Of a stretch of DNA of 64,000 nt, positions 60,073 to 64,000 are shown one piece after another. The stretch is from NCBI RefSeq assembly GCF_037042905.1, contig NC_087246.1:61256001-61320000 (forward strand), given 5' to 3'. The notes beneath the pieces are model-generated. The model worked only from the letters and a program-made list of their open reading frames with translations, had not been told where the DNA came from and did not search any database. The stretch's first letter is position 1, and each line of letters begins with the position of its first letter. The DNA comes from Lytechinus pictus. Taxonomy: Eukaryota. The position numbers and the translations under genes were made by a program.

Positions 60073-62119
60073 ACAATGCAAGTGCAAAGGTGTATTGGTA
60101 GATGCTAGCAGTTTCAGGTTTTTTTTTTGTTGTTGCTAGGAATAGGATACAATTATGTACAACGCTGTACTCCAATCATGAGATGAATATTTTCTATCAT
60201 ATAGCTATCTAGTTATGGGTATCCTAAACATCATTTCTCAATTTCTCTCTAGAACTTGTAATATATTTTTCATTTAAATGCTAGATCAATTTTTTAGTCC
60301 ATAACTTTGTAAAGTTATAATCATACACTGCACGTGATGCCTTCATTAATGTCATTAGTATGAGAAAAAATAAGAATTTACTATGAAAAATTTACGGCAG
60401 TTTATCATTCATGAAGTGATTATTTCCTAGAGGATAAGATTTATTTATGATCAAGGGATCCTAACAGGGTTTTAGGAGGGCCTTTAGGCAAAGAGATAAT
60501 CTATTTTTGCAATTCAGAAATCAAATGTAAGATTTAACTTTTGTGCTGTAATAAAGATTTTTGGTAAGAACAATGTTTGATGTGTATTTTACTGACATTC
60601 TGTTTTGGTCTCTTGTGGATTTGGATGTGTGCGAGCCTGATGTAGTGTGTGAATGTTTATGTTGTTAGTCTCTATTAGTTATCTGGTAGCTCTGTCGTTT
60701 CAGTAGTAAATTCTATGACCCTTGAAAGAACAAAATTTCAATGTTTTTAGATTTTCAGGAAAAAATAGAACCCCATGAAAAAATACAAGGGTTGTAATTA
60801 GGCTCATTTTGTCTTTCTAATTAGTTTTAACTTTAAACAATAAAATGATTTTCATATTCAATCCGGGGAGATGGTGATTGTAATCTTTTCTGCATAAAAC
60901 CATATTTGTGCAGATGTTGAGCAGGAATTACTTAATTCAGCTCATTAATTGAGAAATGGCCCAATAAAAGTTGACTTATGTATATCCATATTATATCTTT
61001 CAAAAATACAAAAATTGATAGAAAAATTGATGATTGTTGCCAATTTGATGAGCAAAATAAGATTAATTATGACCTTGTAAAAAACTGCACCTCTATGAGT
61101 TAGCAGGACTTCCAAACCAACAAGAAAGTACTAGTATTCTATAAATGTACATCAGGTACAAGTTTTATTCAGCACGAGGCTTCTGATATGACAAACAGAG
61201 TAGAAAATGACCTTGAAATAACCATACATGTACAATTATTTAGAATAACAATAAAAAAAAATCATAACCAAAAGAAGAAATTGGCACACTCATATTTACT
61301 AATTGAATCACCGGAAGTTCCCACTTTATGTCTATGTGCATATATGCAACTGTATTAAGTACAAAATACATCGGAACACCAATTTTGAGACTAAGAAGAA
61401 TTTCAGAAATACCAAATTGTTGTTTATCATATCATTGACTGATGAATATATGCCCACTGGTTTTGCGTAGAAGAAATCTCTTGGAAGTAAGAAATTAGAC
61501 CAGCATACTTGCTTACTGTTGAGTAATAATAATTCACTTTCATACAAATAATGCTTAATATAAAATGGAACTAACAAACCCTTCTAACCGCCCATCTAAA
61601 ATATAACTGCTAGCATCATGTTTATAATAGTCAAATTGGGGTTTTACTATATTGTCATGAAATAAGAATACTTTTTTACTGTCGAGTAATAATAGATATT
61701 TTTGCTTTTATACAAATAAATCCCTTGAATCACTTGAGTATTTGAGCAGAAAATCTTCACCATTCTTCACGGGTGAAAATCTGCATTTCAGATTAACAAA
61801 TAAATGACAAGCATGGAATTTCCACTAAGCAATCAAACCTTATGTCCTAAATTCATAAAAGAGGTTTAAGCCAGAGACGTTTCAGATGTCTAATACCTGG
61901 CCCAGCTAAACCCATTTTATGTTTTTCAAGTACACTAAATCAGCATAGCCTAAATAAGCACACACGTACAAGTATCGCAAAAATGTAATCAGATCAAACT
62001 CATTTTAGGCCTTAAGTATATGATTATATGCCTCGATCTGGCTTTCCATCAAAGATTTTTTTTTAACTGATATAAAACAAGGTACACTTTAAAGTAAGTG
62101 TGAATCAATCAAGGTGCTT

Positions 62120-62600
62120 ATATATAGATCAAGGTTAGAAGGAATGTGTCATTGAACAGATGGATAATTTATACATTACAGAGAAACATACAATGACATA
62201 AAATTGCAATGCTGAGAAATATTTCTAAGATGTACAGGGTGATCCAATAAAATCTAAGGCATTGCAGTATTCAAAGATAGATCAAGGATAGGAGGAATGA
62301 GTCATTGAACAGATAATTACAGAAACATACATCATGTAATATATTATAATCATAATTACAAGAAAACACACAGCCAAGATATTTTCCCATGAAATACAGG
62401 GTGATGCAACAAAAACTAAGGTGATGTAGTATTCAAAGATAGATCAAAGTTAAAAGGAATGTGTCATTGAAAACATGGATAATTAGTACATTACAGAGAC
62501 ATATACTGCATGTATACCAGTATTATAAAGAAAAGAAGACACAAAGCCAAGATATTTTCCCAAGTTATACAGGGTGATCCAACTAAAAGTAAGGCATTTC
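62120..62600. repeat. Degenerate tandem repeat, 3 units of about 155 bp
   Basis: Recurrent AGATCAA.G...AGGAATG.GTCATTGAA and TACAGGGTGAT.CAA blocks. Confidence 0.65.
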
Positions 62601-64000
62601 TTCGAGAAAAAAATGAGACGCATACACAGATTGATTCAAGGTAATTGTGCGCTCTACTATGATTTTCTTTGGTATATGTATACTCCCTTAAAAGTATTGG
62701 TAGTTTTTTTTTCTCTCTCTCTCTTCAATCATGCAACTTAAATGTGTTTATTTTCTCTATTTTTTATACCTCGGTCATCATTTTTCTTTAATATGACAAG
62801 ATTTCAGAATTAAGTACAAAATACTTTAGAATTAGCACTGAAAGAAGTTGACCGATTGAGGAATCAGAATCCTCTAAACCATATTCAACATTAACACTTC
62901 AGAATACAATACATAGATAGAAATGTTATTTAACATAAGATAGTCACTAATTTCACTAATTTGACATTCTCTTTTTAGAATACAAGTGTAAATTCAAAAT
63001 ATGGCAAGCTAAGCAAACAAAAGCATATGAATTCAGATATACATGTACATATATATATTTCAAGATAACCAGCAAAATCACCCTGATTTTGATATTGCAA
63101 TGATAATTGAAAAGTAGAAGATGATTCTTACATATAAGAATATTTCACTACCTTTCACACATTCCAATGTATTTTCAAATTCCTGCTTACTTTGCAAATT
63201 CATTGTAAAGAATCAAAACATTGTGACATCCCATTTCATATTATCAGTACTGTAATTAGGTACCTTTCTAAAAGTCGGAGTCTTTACAGCAGGTATCCTA
63301 TCAGCTCCTTTCCATTGCCAATCCTCACTGTTCATCATAGACATTACTTACTGCAATACCAGCCCTGGCATTTCATTTATTTTTCTGCATGGCCAGGAAA
63401 CTTGACTCTTTCATAATTCAAAATGGAAAATTCATATACTGTACTCTAGAGAAGAACATCTGTAATTACATGTAGTTCTTTACTTATTCATTTAAAGTAA
63501 TCCTGAGTTTGATACTAGTTTAAAAGCCAATAGAGAATCAAAATGATGAACCAACAGAGTCTTTGGTTGTCATGGCAATGGTTCCAATCAAAGTAATCCT
63601 TACACCAGGCACTGTGTATCAGTGGCTTAGAGCCAGGGACCTGCACATTTTACAACCATTTTTATCACAGACATTTGGGTTACGACCTTTGAGCTGTATA
63701 GCCCGTATTCTCAAAATAGGTTCCAATAAAAATATACCATGGTACAAAGCCATGGGCTATGCAGATTTCTCATACTATTGTGTTTCATTTGAGCCTTAAT
63801 TTAGCGCACCTTGCCAAAAGCGGGAATTTAGATGGACCTTTCGTAGTGTACGCGATGAAATTAGCATAATTATGACACAAAAATCTGCATACAACTGTGG
63901 TCCACAGATTTGTACCATGGTAGAATTGAAAACTTTGAATACAGGCCAATGTGTTCAATCAGTAATTTGCTGATTTTTCTACACCCGCTTTGTCTACTTA

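Noticed and set aside
61100-64000. Possible 3' UTR of a convergent minus-strand gene (A-rich skew on the plus strand)
   Set aside because: No coding exon or other direct evidence within the window.

Overview
Eukaryotic, AT-rich, repeat-dense animal DNA. The repeat landscape suggests a marine invertebrate such as a sea urchin, but this is an inference. There are two main components. (1) An apparently intact, very recent 12.2-kb Ty3/Gypsy LTR retrotransposon lies on the minus strand (5723-17960). It has identical 371-bp LTRs, a GCAT target-site duplication, a tRNA-Ser-like PBS, a PPT, and gag -> -1 frameshift -> pol. Its accessory content is unusual: a helix-hairpin-helix domain and an RS/RD tract on Gag, an H3K4me3-reader-type PHD finger at the integrase C-terminus, and non-canonical TA...TA LTR ends. 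In the position where env would sit there is a third ORF encoding a TatD/TATDN2-like nuclease with all catalytic motifs retained. A perfect splice acceptor abuts its ATG, and consensus donors occur in the LTR and in-frame in gag. This TatD-carrying retrotransposon is the best candidate for an undescribed system. (2) A plus-strand sorting nexin 16 (SNX16) gene has 7 reconstructable coding exons (29007-54616, about 471 aa). The rest is intronic or intergenic DNA packed with nested MITEs (TTAA-, 8-bp- and 3-bp-TSD types), Helentron-like elements and tandem repeats. All alignments and counts were done by eye; no database searches were run.
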